Assembly: GCA_951406725.2 (NCBI GenBank)
Contig: OX597817.1
Span: forward strand, 125,054,001 to 125,118,000
DNA length: 64,000 bases
Source of the DNA: Octopus vulgaris
Taxonomy: Eukaryota
Direction: 5' to 3'
The notes under the pieces are model-generated. The model had not been told where the DNA came from. It worked only from the letters and a program-made list of their open reading frames with translations, and did no database searches. Made by a program: the position numbers and the translations under genes. Below are positions 52,171 to 64,000 of this stretch, piece after piece. Positions within the stretch are counted from its first letter, which is position 1. The number at the start of each line of letters is the position of its first letter.

Positions 52171-52626
52171 CTTAATAGCATAGCTTATTTGAGCCCAGGA
52201 GAAAATGCCTTGCATTTGTTTCAGCTTTGTGGTCTGAGTTAAAATCTCACTGAGTTCAAATTTGTATTTCTTCTTTTCAGGAACAGCGAAATATAATAAC
52301 TTCCATCAACCAGTCTTGGAAGCCCTATAAAACTGAATGTGCTATATGTACTGTCCTTCCTTATAAATCTGCTCAGGACTTATTTGGATTAGCCAATAAC
52401 ATATACACATTAGAAAGTGACCCCATAATGTGTGCAATGAATTATATATGTAAGTTTAATTTTGCTAGTGTATATCCACAGTATTCCATGACCAGACTGA
52501 TGTTTCACATATCCAGGAATACATTATCAAACGTGTCCTTCCTTTATAATGATATACTTTAAAGCTGGTTCTCTTAATCCTGCTATGGCCTACATGGGTG
52601 GTAGTTAATTAAGGATATTGGTAGAA

Positions 52627-52864
52627 AGGCAGCAAGCTGTGAGAACCATTAGCACGCCGGGTGAAATGTGTAGCGGTATTTCGTCTGCCATTATGTTCTG
52701 AGTTCAAATTCCGCCGAGGTCGACTTTGCCTTTCATCCTTTCGGGGTCGATAAATTAAGTACCAGTTAAGTACCAGCACTGGGGTCGATCTAATCAACTT
52801 AATCTGTTTGTCTGTACTTGTTTGTCCCCTCTATGTTTAGCCCCTTGTGGGTAATAAAGAAACA
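52627..52864 (+). mobile_element. SINE family B, full length
   Basis: B box GAGTTCAAATTCC; 13-bp TSD GATATTGGTAGAA at 52614-52626 and 52865-52877. Confidence 0.88.
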
Positions 52865-53769
52865 GATATTGGTAGAACAGGCAGATATGTTAAATTGGAT
52901 GACCATCACCACTTGCCCCTTGAATATCATTAATGGAATGCACATTTTTGTAAGCAAAGTCAAGGTCACTGGTCTGGAGATAATTTTGTCCCATCAATCT
53001 CAAAAAGCCTCGAAAGTGATCATGATCACTACACATTCCTCCTCTAGTCAAACCATTTTACAAATTGAAATTGAGGGCTTCTATTGTTAGCAAGTAAAGC
53101 AATGCCATAGGACTCCTTCAGTGTCTATTTATGAAGTATGCATGTTATTCAGGTTAAGCTGGATGAGAAAGGAAAGTGGAGGGATGGAACAAGAAAATGG
53201 GATTACATTTGAATTGATTTTACACTGTGTAAAATGGCTAAATCACTTGATCAACAAATACTGATCACTTGATCAAGAAAACAATATTATTTTATTTGTT
53301 TATTACTGTTGTTTCTACACTGCTTCACAACTGTAATTTCTTTCTGATGCCAGCTATATATTAAAGAATTTAAATTTTACATTTTGTAATTATCTTTCAT
53401 TTTGCTTGCTTTTTCAGTATGTCATAGCTATATGCATAGGTTACCTGTTAAACATTTATCAATCCATGATATGAATTGGTAAAAACAAGACAGTTTAAAG
53501 TTCTGAAGAATGTTATTTAATATGAGAATACTGGAATATAGCATATCGTTGCTATGGCCTTTCTACAAGTGAGAAACTGAGTGCAAAAACTGAAGATGAG
53601 AGATAGATTTAGTAGATAGAAGGATTACTAAACACAAGGGTTGGTGTATTTGGGTGAAAACCAAGGTTGTGTAATTACTGAAAGAGAAGGATTATGAAGT
53701 TGGACAAGAAATTATCTATTCTCTTCTCAAACATCCACAAACAACTATGAATTGACAGTTACAATGATA

Positions 53770-53990
53770 TATGAGGGGTTGCTGGAAGGTTCCTGGCTTT
53801 AAGAGTATCACAAAAGGCTTGGCTGGAGGCTCAGCCTTCTGAGTTCTTCAACAGGGCTTAGACAAACTGAAAGACAGCTGCAATAACTGTGTGAATCTGA
53901 GAGAGGAATATGTTGAATAAAATTATAATTAACTGATTCTGGTGTATTTTGTTTTACCCAAAGCCAGGAGCTTTTCAGCACCACCATGTA
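53770..53990 (-). mobile_element. Mariner-type MITE copy
   Basis: TIRs TATGAGGGGTTGCTGGAAGGTTCCTGG / CCAGGAGCTTTTCAGCACCACCATGTA. Confidence 0.8.
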
Positions 53991-54207
53991 ATTATAGAGA
54001 AGGCAGAAAATAGTCGACAATATAAGAGGAACATAAGCAAAACACCAGAAAGCAAGGTGATTGTGGGAACATATGGAAATGCCTAATTCCATATACACTT
54101 ACCAATTAATTTTCTCGAACCTTTGATTCTAAAACGAGCCTGGATAACCATTTTCTGTGAACCAAGGGTAGTGACATTCTAAATTAAATAAATATTAAAT
54201 TTACTTA

Positions 54208-54590
54208 ACTGCAGGTGTGGCTGTGTCCGAACCACATGATTTCAGGTACAGTCTCAGTGTGTGACACTTTGGGCAAGTGTCTTCTACTATAGTCTTGGGT
54301 TGACCAAAGCCTTGAGAGTGGATTTGGTAGACAGAAACTGAAGGAAATCCTTCGTGCACGTGTGTGTGTGTCTTTGTTTCTGTGTTTGTCCCCCACTACC
54401 ACTTGAGAACCAGTGTTGGTGAGTTTACATCCCTGTAAATTAGTGGTTCAGCAAAGGAGTCTGATAGAATAAGTACCTGGCTTAGCAAAATATTTAAGTG
54501 CTGGGTCGATTAATTTGACTAAAAGTCTTTTTAGGTAGTGCTCCAGTATGGCTGCAGTGTTATGACTGAAACAAGTAAAAGATAAAAGAT
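54208..54590 (+). mobile_element. SINE family A
   Basis: Colinear with 871-1300. Confidence 0.82.
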
Positions 54591-54723
54591 GAAAAATAAA
54601 TTAAATAAAAGACAGGTGCTGATAATAACTATTTTACAGGCTGGAAATCATTTTGTCACATTATATGTATGTGTGTATGAATGTTTTTAGGTTCAATTTA
54701 TAATATTAAGAAGAATAGTATTG

Positions 54724-54765
54724 ACAATGACTTCGAAGTTTCAGCTTGCTAAACCATCATCGGAT

Positions 54766-54768
<3 letters not shown>
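54724..54768 (-). ncRNA. Compact hammerhead motif, U4C core variant, GUC site
   Basis: ATAAT-CCGATGA-T-GGTTT[AGC]AAGCT-GAAA-CTTCGAAG-TC-ATTGT. Confidence 0.68.
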
Positions 54769-54796
<28 letters not shown>

Positions 54797-54797
<1 letters not shown>

Positions 54798-55128
54798 ATA
54801 AATTTAAGGGTAGCAAAAAAATTCTCTGCTACCAGCGGTCTAGTGAGAAAGAAAAGATAGTCAAAGACTATATAATATACATTCAACAATATAAGGAATG
54901 ACCCTGATAGGCCATTCAACTCACTAGAAAGAGCAGCCAAACTCAAACCGCTAAATAGTTGTAATTCTGAAATTGAAAGAGAAATAAAAACATTTACCCT
55001 TTACATCTCTGAAAGGGTAAATGTTTTTATTTCTCTTTCAATTTCAGAATTACAACTATTTAGCGGTTTGAGTTTGGCTGCTCTTTCTAGTGAGTTGAAT
55101 GGCCTATCAGGGCCATTCCTTATATTGT

Positions 55129-55130
<2 letters not shown>
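54797..55130. mobile_element. TA-flanked fold-back element with 119-bp near-perfect inverted arms
   Basis: 54884-55002 is the reverse complement of 55012-55130 with one mismatch seen; 9-nt spacer. Confidence 0.85.
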
Positions 55131-55195
<65 letters not shown>

Positions 55196-55359
55196 GTATG
55201 TATGTATATGTATATAAATTAAAATCAATAGATCAGTTGCCTAAAACATTATATGCATGCTCATAAAATGTATTTGAATGATAATCTTAATGTCTCTATT
55301 GGTGATTTCTGTCTGCCTGCTTGTCTGTCTGTATATCTATCTATCTATCTATTTATCTT

Positions 55360-55410
<51 letters not shown>

Positions 55411-58306
55411 GTCTATCACTTTATCTAGCTAAAATAAAACCTACATTACATTATAATTTTTAACATAGGCTTTCAGGCGGTATACACATATTAAATCTGC
55501 ACATGAATTAACACAAGTTTTCAATGTATTTTTTGTAACAATTTACGTTTTATTATTTTTTTTGTATATTGCATTTCCTTAACAATACTCTTATCACTTT
55601 ATTTTTTAGCAATGAAGGACATTCAAGAATTGTCAATTCAAGTCATATTTTTCATAAAGATCCTACAGTGACGAACATTTTTTTTTTCTCCTAAGATTAT
55701 ATTGAATACTTGAATATTCACTCATAATGACTAAAAACACAGTGTAAATTTATGTCATTGTTACAAATATCCTATATTATATTTTTAAAATGCTCCAGGG
55801 CAAGTTACATTACTACTAGGTCTCAATCTATTCAGAGCCCAAACTAATACAATAGCTAACAACAACAACAACACCTACAGCAGCAGCAGCAGCAGCAAAA
55901 AAAGCAACAACAAGAACAAGAAAATAAAAATAGTTATATTATTGTCAATGAGTATGAAGCTATTCTGTTTTTGATGCATACAATTCCCAATAAATTGCAA
56001 ACTGGTTTTAGAATGTACTTTGTATTTAGATATTATCTTGATACAAGCATCAGAAGTATATATTATTTTGAGGATCTGGTATAATAGAGCAAATAGACAG
56101 AAAAGAAAAAAGAGAAAATGTGAAAATACTGTCTGATTTTAAGTAGTTGCCTTTCAGTAAAGTGGATATTTCCATTTTTAAAAATATGCTACATGTTCAA
56201 TGAAAACCCCATCTCGTTATAAATCATCTTTATTTATGTCGGTAAATTATATAGTAGCATTGAATACCATGAATAATTTATCCATTCCATCCATGATTAC
56301 CATTCTATTATATTATATTATGTTACAAATTTACAGCCAAGTCACACACAAAGTTACTTCTCAATTATTATAGTTTTCTGTTTTTCTTTGTCTTCTTTTT
56401 ATTTGCAAGCACTCATATACATAGATTGACCGCAAAATTTCAAACATTAAATATTCCTGTGTTATTTGCTATTTTTTCATCAATTTTATTTTCCAGATAA
56501 CATGCTGTGATAATTTACTCTCCATTTCTGGTACCAATTTCTCATAGAACTTACAAAACGTGCCAAAATATACTTGTCAAAACTATTACAGATTAGAATA
56601 GATATTGAAAGTTACATAACTTGGCAAAACTGAGAAAAAAGAAACAGAGTTTACGCCTAATTAATATTTAGTTCTAACGTAAATATTTCTTATGTCGTTT
56701 TATGTATAGATTTTAAAAAGTTTTCAGTTAATAAATATTTAAATAATTTATAAAAAAAATTGTTGCTGTCTGAAGCAAAAACAAAATATTAATAAGGAAT
56801 AAGTTTTAGATGGTTGTAGCTTTGATGAGAAAAAAAACTGAACAAAATTATAGGATTCATTGAAAGCATTTTTTCCAGCAGACATCTTCTTCAATACTTG
56901 ATAGTACATGACTGAGTATGATAAGGAATACTTATTTGAGAGTGTATCAGCATTGTGAAGCTTTAACCAAAAGTAATTAGAGTGTACTAAGACTTACGTA
57001 AAGAGTGTCTGGCTGTACAAATACAACCTCAGATATGTACCCATCCAACCTACACCAGTATAAAAAGTGGACATAAAATAAACACACAAATGAATGAAGA
57101 GCTCCAGTGATCAATAAATCAATATATTTTGAACTTCACAGATAGTTTATTAATTTGAGCAAGATCAAATTTAGCAGGATACACGTCTGATTGAATAAAC
57201 TACATCATAAACAAGTTTTTTTTTTAATAAATATATGATGAAATAAATTTCCATTGATGATATGACAGTTACTTCAACATATAAAGGTGATACTGTAAAG
57301 TATATGTCAAACTTTGACCTGTTGGTAACCCAAAGATAAAATATAATTTTAGCAATAAGAAAAACAATTTTGTGTTAAGGTTTATAAAATGTTTTGCAGC
57401 TCCATGTCCCACATGGGCCTGAGACCAAAAATATAAGATATCATTTGTATTCAACTTGTGTATAGAAGTGACAAAATAAAATTTGTTTCAACATCAGTAA
57501 ACTTTGGACAATTTTTTTTTTAATTCTCTGTAGGATCCACAATACTATAAGCATTCAAATATGTCTAAAGTCTTATAAAGACAAAAAAACACACAGATTT
57601 ACACTTGATTTACTAACAATCGCTCATGCATAAACAGGTTATAAGATTATAATTTTTTGAACTATCAACTAAAAGAGAAAAATGTTTTAATATCTCAGAC
57701 ATTTAGACATTTAATCAGGTTATTTTATAATATTATCAAGAAAAAAATGCGATGCTAAAACTTTATATAAAGATATTAAAAATCAATGTTATGAAACAGA
57801 TGTAGCTTTCATATGAAAATCCCACACTGAGATTTAGAAATTTAATTTCCTATCAAATTCCAACTATCCCTTTAAATATTTTATAACCATATTCCTGGTG
57901 AGGTACACAGCTTATGTGTTTATATTTATTCTCAAAATAATTAAGCACATCAAAGGATTTAGTAAAATAGGCTTAGTGAGTTGATATTTTGCAAGTGATG
58001 TAACAGTACTTTGTATCCAGAACCAGAGACAGTTTTAGGTGGGTTGACATAAAATGTAAACAAAGCTTTATGTACATATGTGTGTGGAAAAATATCAGTC
58101 ATTGGGAAATATTACCTTACTTAAAAACAGCTGAAGACTGGCAACATGAAGTGCACCTGGCCATAGAAAATGCACATCAGCAAATTCTGTCCAACTCATG
58201 CCAGCATCGGAAAGTGACTGTAAAAACCAGGACGATGATGACAACGATGTTGATATGTATATGTATATGGATTATCTCATAACTTTGAGATTTCAATGAT
58301 ATGATT

Positions 58307-58535
58307 CTTTTATTCTTTTATTCTTTTATTTGTTTCAGTCATTTGACTGTGGCCATGCTGGAGCGCCAGGACTTGCTCCTTTGTAAGCCCAGTACTTTTT
58401 CTATCAGTCTCTATTGCCAAACCGCAAAGTTGCAGGGATGTAAACACACCAGCATCGGTTGTCAAGCGATGTTGGGGAGACAAACATAGACACACAAACA
58501 CACACACACATACACACACACACACACACACATAT
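58307..58535 (-). mobile_element. SINE family A 3' half
   Basis: Family A tail on the minus strand. Confidence 0.78.
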
Positions 58536-58540
58536 ATATA

Positions 58541-58744
58541 AAGTTAATCCAAACAAGAAAACACAAAAAGACACAACAACGCGAAGACATGGAACAAATA
58601 TAGTATTATTGGACGCTCAGGAAAGAAGGAAAGAAGTTTAACGTTTTGAGCAGAGCTCTTCGTCGGAAACATAGGAGAAGGAAAGATCCAGAAAAGGGAA
58701 GACAGAGGAAAAAAAATCGCCAACGGTACACATGAGGTCACATT

Positions 58745-58750
<6 letters not shown>
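58541..58750 (-). mobile_element. TA-flanked PLE-type mini-element with minimal HHR motif (58636-58670)
   Basis: GTTT-CCGACGA-A-GAGC[TCT]GCTC-AAAA-CG-TT-AAAC. Confidence 0.68.
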
Positions 58751-58789
<39 letters not shown>

Positions 58790-58792
<3 letters not shown>

Positions 58793-59134
58793 CGTGTGTG
58801 ATCGTTACATGTGTCACCTTACTAGCACTTGTGCTGGTGGCACGTGAAAAAAACATTTGAGCGAGGTCGTTGCCAGTGTCGCTGGACTGGCTCCTGTGCA
58901 ATTGGCACATAAAAAGCACCATTTGAGCGTGGCCGTTGCCAGTACCACCAAACTGGCCCTCGTGCCAGTGGCACGTAAAAACACCCACTACACTCTCAGA
59001 GTGGTTGGCGTTAGGAAGGGCATTCAGCTGTAGAAACTCTGCCAGATCAGATTGGAGTCTGGTTTGCCAGACCTCAGTCAAATCGTCCAACCCATGCTAG
59101 CATGGAAAGCGGACATTAAACGATGATGATGATG
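58790..59134 (+). mobile_element. Family D (GAT)n-tailed retroposon
   Basis: Internal GTGGCACG..AAAA repeats, GGTTGGCGTTAGGAAGGGCAT, (GAT)n tail. Confidence 0.78.
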
Positions 59135-59193
<59 letters not shown>

Positions 59194-59316
59194 TCAAAGC
59201 AGTTTGATTCAAATTCCTCAAAACTCAGAGTATTAAGTAATTTGAATCAATCAGTTTTGATCCATAAATGTAAGTCCCAGTAAATGTGTTGTGTACCATT
59301 TCATTTGTCCACTTAT

Positions 59317-59690
59317 AGGTGCAGGTGTGGCTGTGTGGTACGAAGCTTGCTTCCAAACCACATGGTTCCAGGTTCAATCCACTGCATGCTACCTAAGTGA
59401 CTCCTACTATAGCCTTGGGCTAACCAAAGCCTTGTGAGTTGGTTTGGTAGATGGAAACTGAAAGAAGCCCATCGTATAATATATGTGTTTATGTGTATAT
59501 GTGTCTGTGTTTGTCCCCCACCATCACTTGGCAGCCGATGCTGGTGTGTTTACATCCCCATAACTTAGTGCTCCAGTAAAAGAGACAGATAGAATAAGTA
59601 CTACGCATACAAAGAATATGTCTTGGGGTCGATTTCTTTGACTAAAAGTGGTGCTCTAGCATAACTGCAGTCAAATGACTGAAACAAGTA
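59317..59690 (+). mobile_element. SINE family A, full length
   Basis: Colinear with 871-1300. Confidence 0.85.
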
Positions 59691-60489
59691 TATATATATT
59701 TGTATATATGTATACATCTGTGTGTCGATGTACATGTGTGTTAGAGTATATTCTGTCTATGGATGCGAATATATACAATCTGTTATATATATATATATAA
59801 CTGTTTTATTCTTCTTTTATTTCTTTTTCATCTTCTTCATTAAGTTATTGGTTTAAGGACATGTTGGAGGACTGCTCTGAAGGATTTTTTTGAACTGATC
59901 AATCCCATCGTTTATTGTAAACGTATCTTTTATTGAGTCTAGGAGTCACTTTACTAAGGTCCCATAACACAGGAACATAAACAACCACACACTGATTGTG
60001 AAGTATTTACACAAAGATACAAGCACACACACTCATACACACAGATGTACACTTAAGGCTTTTGTACAGTTCCCATCAACTAAATACTATCACAAGGCAT
60101 TGGTTGACCTTGCAGTAAAACTAAAGTAAAAGCCTTGTGTTTATAAAACAAATCACTTAACTTCACAGCCATGCCTATGTTCTATCAATAAATATATATT
60201 ATTATATCTACTTCATCTCTGGAGTTGAATTAATCATGGTGTTGCATACTCTAATAATACAAATAGGTACAATAATAAAAAGCAACAATAAAGCAAAACT
60301 CAGAAACTATTATTAGTGGTGTCTTAACAGTGTTTTGTTTCATTGTTAAAGAATACATCAATAAATTCTTAACCAACACTGATGTAAACAACTCCTTTGT
60401 ATAGACGATATCATTGTTTTATATACATATGTACAAATTCATACAAGTGTGTGTGTGTGAGAGAGAGTGAGTGTGTTTGTGTGCATGCG

Positions 60490-61510
60490 CTTGTATGTGT
60501 GTATGTATGTCATTATTCAGTTTTATTTCAAGACTTCTTGCCAATAGAGAAAGAGTCACTTTCTAACCTACATCCAAGGCTCCTTCATTAGAATTTCCAC
60601 ATCAACAACAGGGTATTTTTGTTTCTATGTATGTATGTGTGCAGATTTGTATGTTTTGTTTTATGTATGTCTTCTTATGCATATAGTTGCATATCTAGAC
60701 ATGCCCTTGCATATTTAAATAATAAACTTTTGGAAAGTTTTACAGAATTTAACAGTTCCAGTGATGGATTGGATCTGTAGTTATAGAATCATCTTTCTCC
60801 TTTCTGGTTTTGTGAAATTTAATTTCTCAAGATTGGTATTTATGCAGTGTATTACATATCCCAGTGTCCCAATAATTACAGGTATAAACCTAAACTTGTA
60901 ATCTGGATAGAGTAATTGCAAATTTCTCAATAGTTCAGTGTAAGTATTCAATTTCACTTCAGCTTAATGCTAACATCCGCTAGGCAGCTGATTTCCACAA
61001 CTGTACACAGTTTCTCTTCTTAATCCTAATTCATTATATCAAGTCTATTGTGTTTACATTTTATTGAGATTTCCATTGGGACATTCCACCAGTATTCCTT
61101 TTTATTATGAGTGTTTATGACTTACATCATATTGTGGGTTCTTATTTCTTTGTCGTTGGGCTTATCCTTTCAATGGATCTTGTTATGTAGTGTTCTGGTT
61201 ACAACATCATGTCTCATCAGTAGGTAAGAACTATGATGACGTTTTCAGACAACTCCTTATGATGTGGGTCACATTTTACTGCTTTTCCTCCATCTCTATC
61301 CCTTTTCTGTATCAAGTATTTGGTTGATATTTCCTGTTCCTGACCTGCAAATGCATACCTTTCAAAGTGGGAGGCAGTAATCCAGCTGTTGGTCCATGAT
61401 AGATTGCTTTGATGATCAATGCTACTATCAACTCAAGCTTTCTACTAACATACCCATGCATGGCCTTCTATTCATATAAGCTCAACCTTTCATCTTAGAA
61501 TATGCCGTAG
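60490..61510 (-). mobile_element. R4/Dong-like RLE non-LTR retrotransposon, 3' portion, decayed
   Basis: Minus strand KAMHGY, AGQEQEISTKY, VTHIIRSC...RHDVV (zinc-knuckle remnant), YWWN...KHNRLDIM...VVEISC (PD-D/E-type nuclease). Confidence 0.8.
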
Positions 61511-61974
61511 TAAAGTCATGCAACATCTTCAGGCATTCAGGAGATGGGGAGGTTAGTGTAGCGAGACAGGGAAGATCTTTTTTGTTGCTGTGTCATAGTT
61601 CAGTTGTGCTGTGGAAAATTCCAGTCAATCAGAGCTGGAAGCATATGAATAAGCTGGCAGGGATCTGTCAGAACTCACTACAGCAGCGAAGAAAGAACTC
61701 ACTACAGCAGCGAAGCAGCAGTTTCAAACTAGTTGTGGACTTGATGGTATAGAAATATCATTTTCTTCAAAATGTCCCATTTTCTGTGTTCACCAACTGC
61801 ACGCCATCCACTTGATTAATATCAGCTTCAACCCAGCTTCACATAACCTATCAATGTATATAGTAAGTCATGCAATTTTTCCTGTCTTGCATACACAAAA
61901 AATTTGGTTTCCATTCATATGCAAGATTGATCCATGTTACCACTTGCTAGCACTCATTACACTACTGAATAAAC

Positions 61975-62058
61975 TCCTGCAGTTGCCTTACCAGAAATAA
62001 AGCATCGGTGGTGCTTCTGCTTGGCACAAAACCGAACTGCATCTCATCTAGGCTAACT
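61975..62058 (-). mobile_element. RTE RT micro-fragment
   Basis: VSLDEMQFGFVPSRSTTDALFLVRQLQE. Confidence 0.75.
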
Positions 62059-62065
62059 ATATATA

Positions 62066-62990
62066 TATTAATCAGAGGATACATTGAAGTGAAATAAGAG
62101 TTAAAACCCTCATTTAGACCACCAAAAATTACATTGAAAATAACAGATACAACAGTATACAGGCAAGAGAACCAAAAGAAGGTCTCTCATATACCATTAT
62201 AGCATAGAGTTATATATTCAAAGGAACAGGTATATATGTAGACTGGTTTCTGGTTTGACACAAAGTTCTTACCTTCTTCAGCATATCTTAACCTTCCGAA
62301 AAACATCCTCCCAGTCTGCCACATTGAAATCTTTTGGCATCCTTAATTGCTTAGCGCCACAATGTGGATAGCCTCAGTGTGAAAGTACTAATCATCAGTA
62401 AAAATATTCAAAATTGAATATTTATTTAGATATTAATATTGTTATTATTATCGAAGTCAATACAAATACTCCATAATAACAACAATATTAATATAGGCAG
62501 TTGCAGGCCTAAATCATCATTATATAACTATAGAATTAAAATTATATTGATCAGAGGACACATTGAAGTATCTACCCGCTAGAAATAAGGGTTAAATCCC
62601 TCATTTGGACCACTAAAGATTACATTGAGAATAACAACCAGAAATTGGTCCACATATATATCTGTTCCTTTAAATATATAGCTTTGCACTATAACGGTAT
62701 GTGAGAGATCTTTTTTTGGTTCGTTTGCCTGTATACTGTTGTATCTGTTATTTTCAGTGTAATCTTTGGTGGTCCAAATGAGGGTTTTAATTCTTATTTC
62801 CAGCGGATAGACACTTCAATGTGTCCTCTGATTAATATAATTTTAATTCTATAGTGATATTATGTTGATTTAGGCCTGCAGCCACCTATATTAATATAGT
62901 TGTTATTATGGACTATTTGTATTGTCTCCGATAATAATAACAATATTAATATCTATATAAATATTCAATTATAAATATTTTTTCTGCTGA
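62066..62990. mobile_element. PLE pLTR cluster: two tandem minus-strand copies plus one inverted plus-strand copy; HHR motif at 62236-62286 (-)
   Basis: About 62066-62390 (-), 62394-62637 (-) and 62636-62990 (+) are mutually homologous; ATATG-CTGAAGA-AGGT[..]ACCA-GAAA-CCAG-TC-TACAT. Confidence 0.78.
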
Positions 62991-63005
62991 TATATATATA
63001 TATAT

Positions 63006-63063
<58 letters not shown>

Positions 63064-63069
63064 GTATGT

Positions 63070-63114
<45 letters not shown>

Positions 63115-63385
63115 ATTATATGCATATATGAGTGTGTGTGAAAAAAATAAGTTAAAAAAAGGACAATTCAAACTTTTCGAGAGGTCTAAAAAGAGAGAAA
63201 GAATGATTTCTAATAAAAATTCATCATATTCATAAAAAAAAACAGCCAGAGCAAGTAATGAGAATATGAAAATAGTTGTTGGAAAATATTGTTATAGGTA
63301 TAAATATACCATAAACAATTATATAAAAATGGAGGAGAAAAAGATGTTGAATCAGAATTGGATTTAATACAAAATAGGATTCATT

Positions 63386-63482
63386 ACATACGTGCGTTTC
63401 AAAGGACAATACAAATATGTAAGAAAAAATTATAATCATAGTAATTATAATTAAATTTATGCATTGTCATTCTCATCAGTGT
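63386..63482 (-). ncRNA. Type I hammerhead ribozyme, intact core, long stem II
   Basis: ACA-CTGATGA-GAATGACAATGCA[...]TGTATTGTCCTTT-GAAA-CGCACG-TA-TGT. Confidence 0.78.
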
Positions 63483-63701
63483 GAAGAATTTTTTGAAGGA
63501 CATCAAAAAAGGTTTAATAAAATAAAGTAAATCAAAATAAAATACAATAAGGGAGGATAGAAAAGGAGTAATAGGTAGGGAAAAATCAGATATTTACAAG
63601 CAACAAAATCTTTTATTTCACAAAACAACTTTTACTTCTTCACATACTCTTTATTCCCCACACAACTACATAACCAACTTTACTGATGTCCAGTATATTC
63701 C

Positions 63702-63702
<1 letters not shown>

Positions 63703-63773
<71 letters not shown>

Positions 63774-63795
63774 TGATAATAATAATAATGATAAT

Positions 63796-63831
<36 letters not shown>

Positions 63832-63840
63832 AATAATTAT
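63703..63840. repeat. (AAT)n/(AAC)n microsatellite
   Basis: Seen directly. Confidence 0.95.
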
Positions 63841-64000
63841 AAGAATAGCAATGTTAGTGATGGTGTTAATACGAGAGGTAAAAAGAAACCTATACCTTTC
63901 ATTCAAATGGGTGACCCATCTAATAAAAACCACCATACCAATAGGAAACACAGTAATAACATAATTTGGATTATATTTCCTTTCGCTAAACATTTGAAGA

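Overview
AT-rich, microsatellite-dense animal DNA. The SINE and LINE families look like those of Octopus (recognised by eye, not searched). I can support no host protein-coding exon; nearly all supplied ORFs are microsatellite or transposon read-throughs. The window holds three tRNA-derived SINE families (several copies with 12-13 bp TSDs), (GAT)n-tailed retroposons, RTE, R4/Dong-like and HERO-like LINE remnants, a mariner fragment, four mariner-type MITEs, a Helitron-like 3' end beside an A-tract minisatellite, and Penelope-like elements (PLEs): one near-full RT+GIY-YIG copy and two Naiad-type GIY-YIG remnants. The main hidden signal is RNA structure. About 15 type I hammerhead ribozyme (HHR) motifs from about a dozen different PLE-type terminal-repeat (pLTR) families lie in 64 kb, mostly in short non-coding units next to (TA)n/(TG)n tracts. 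Two have intact cores (27865-27953 and 63386-63482, minus strand). Several units form fold-back palindromes, up to four have a degenerate SECIS-like hairpin just 5' of the ribozyme, and one has a tRNA-like Pol III promoter upstream of it. All structures were paired by hand and need computational and experimental confirmation.
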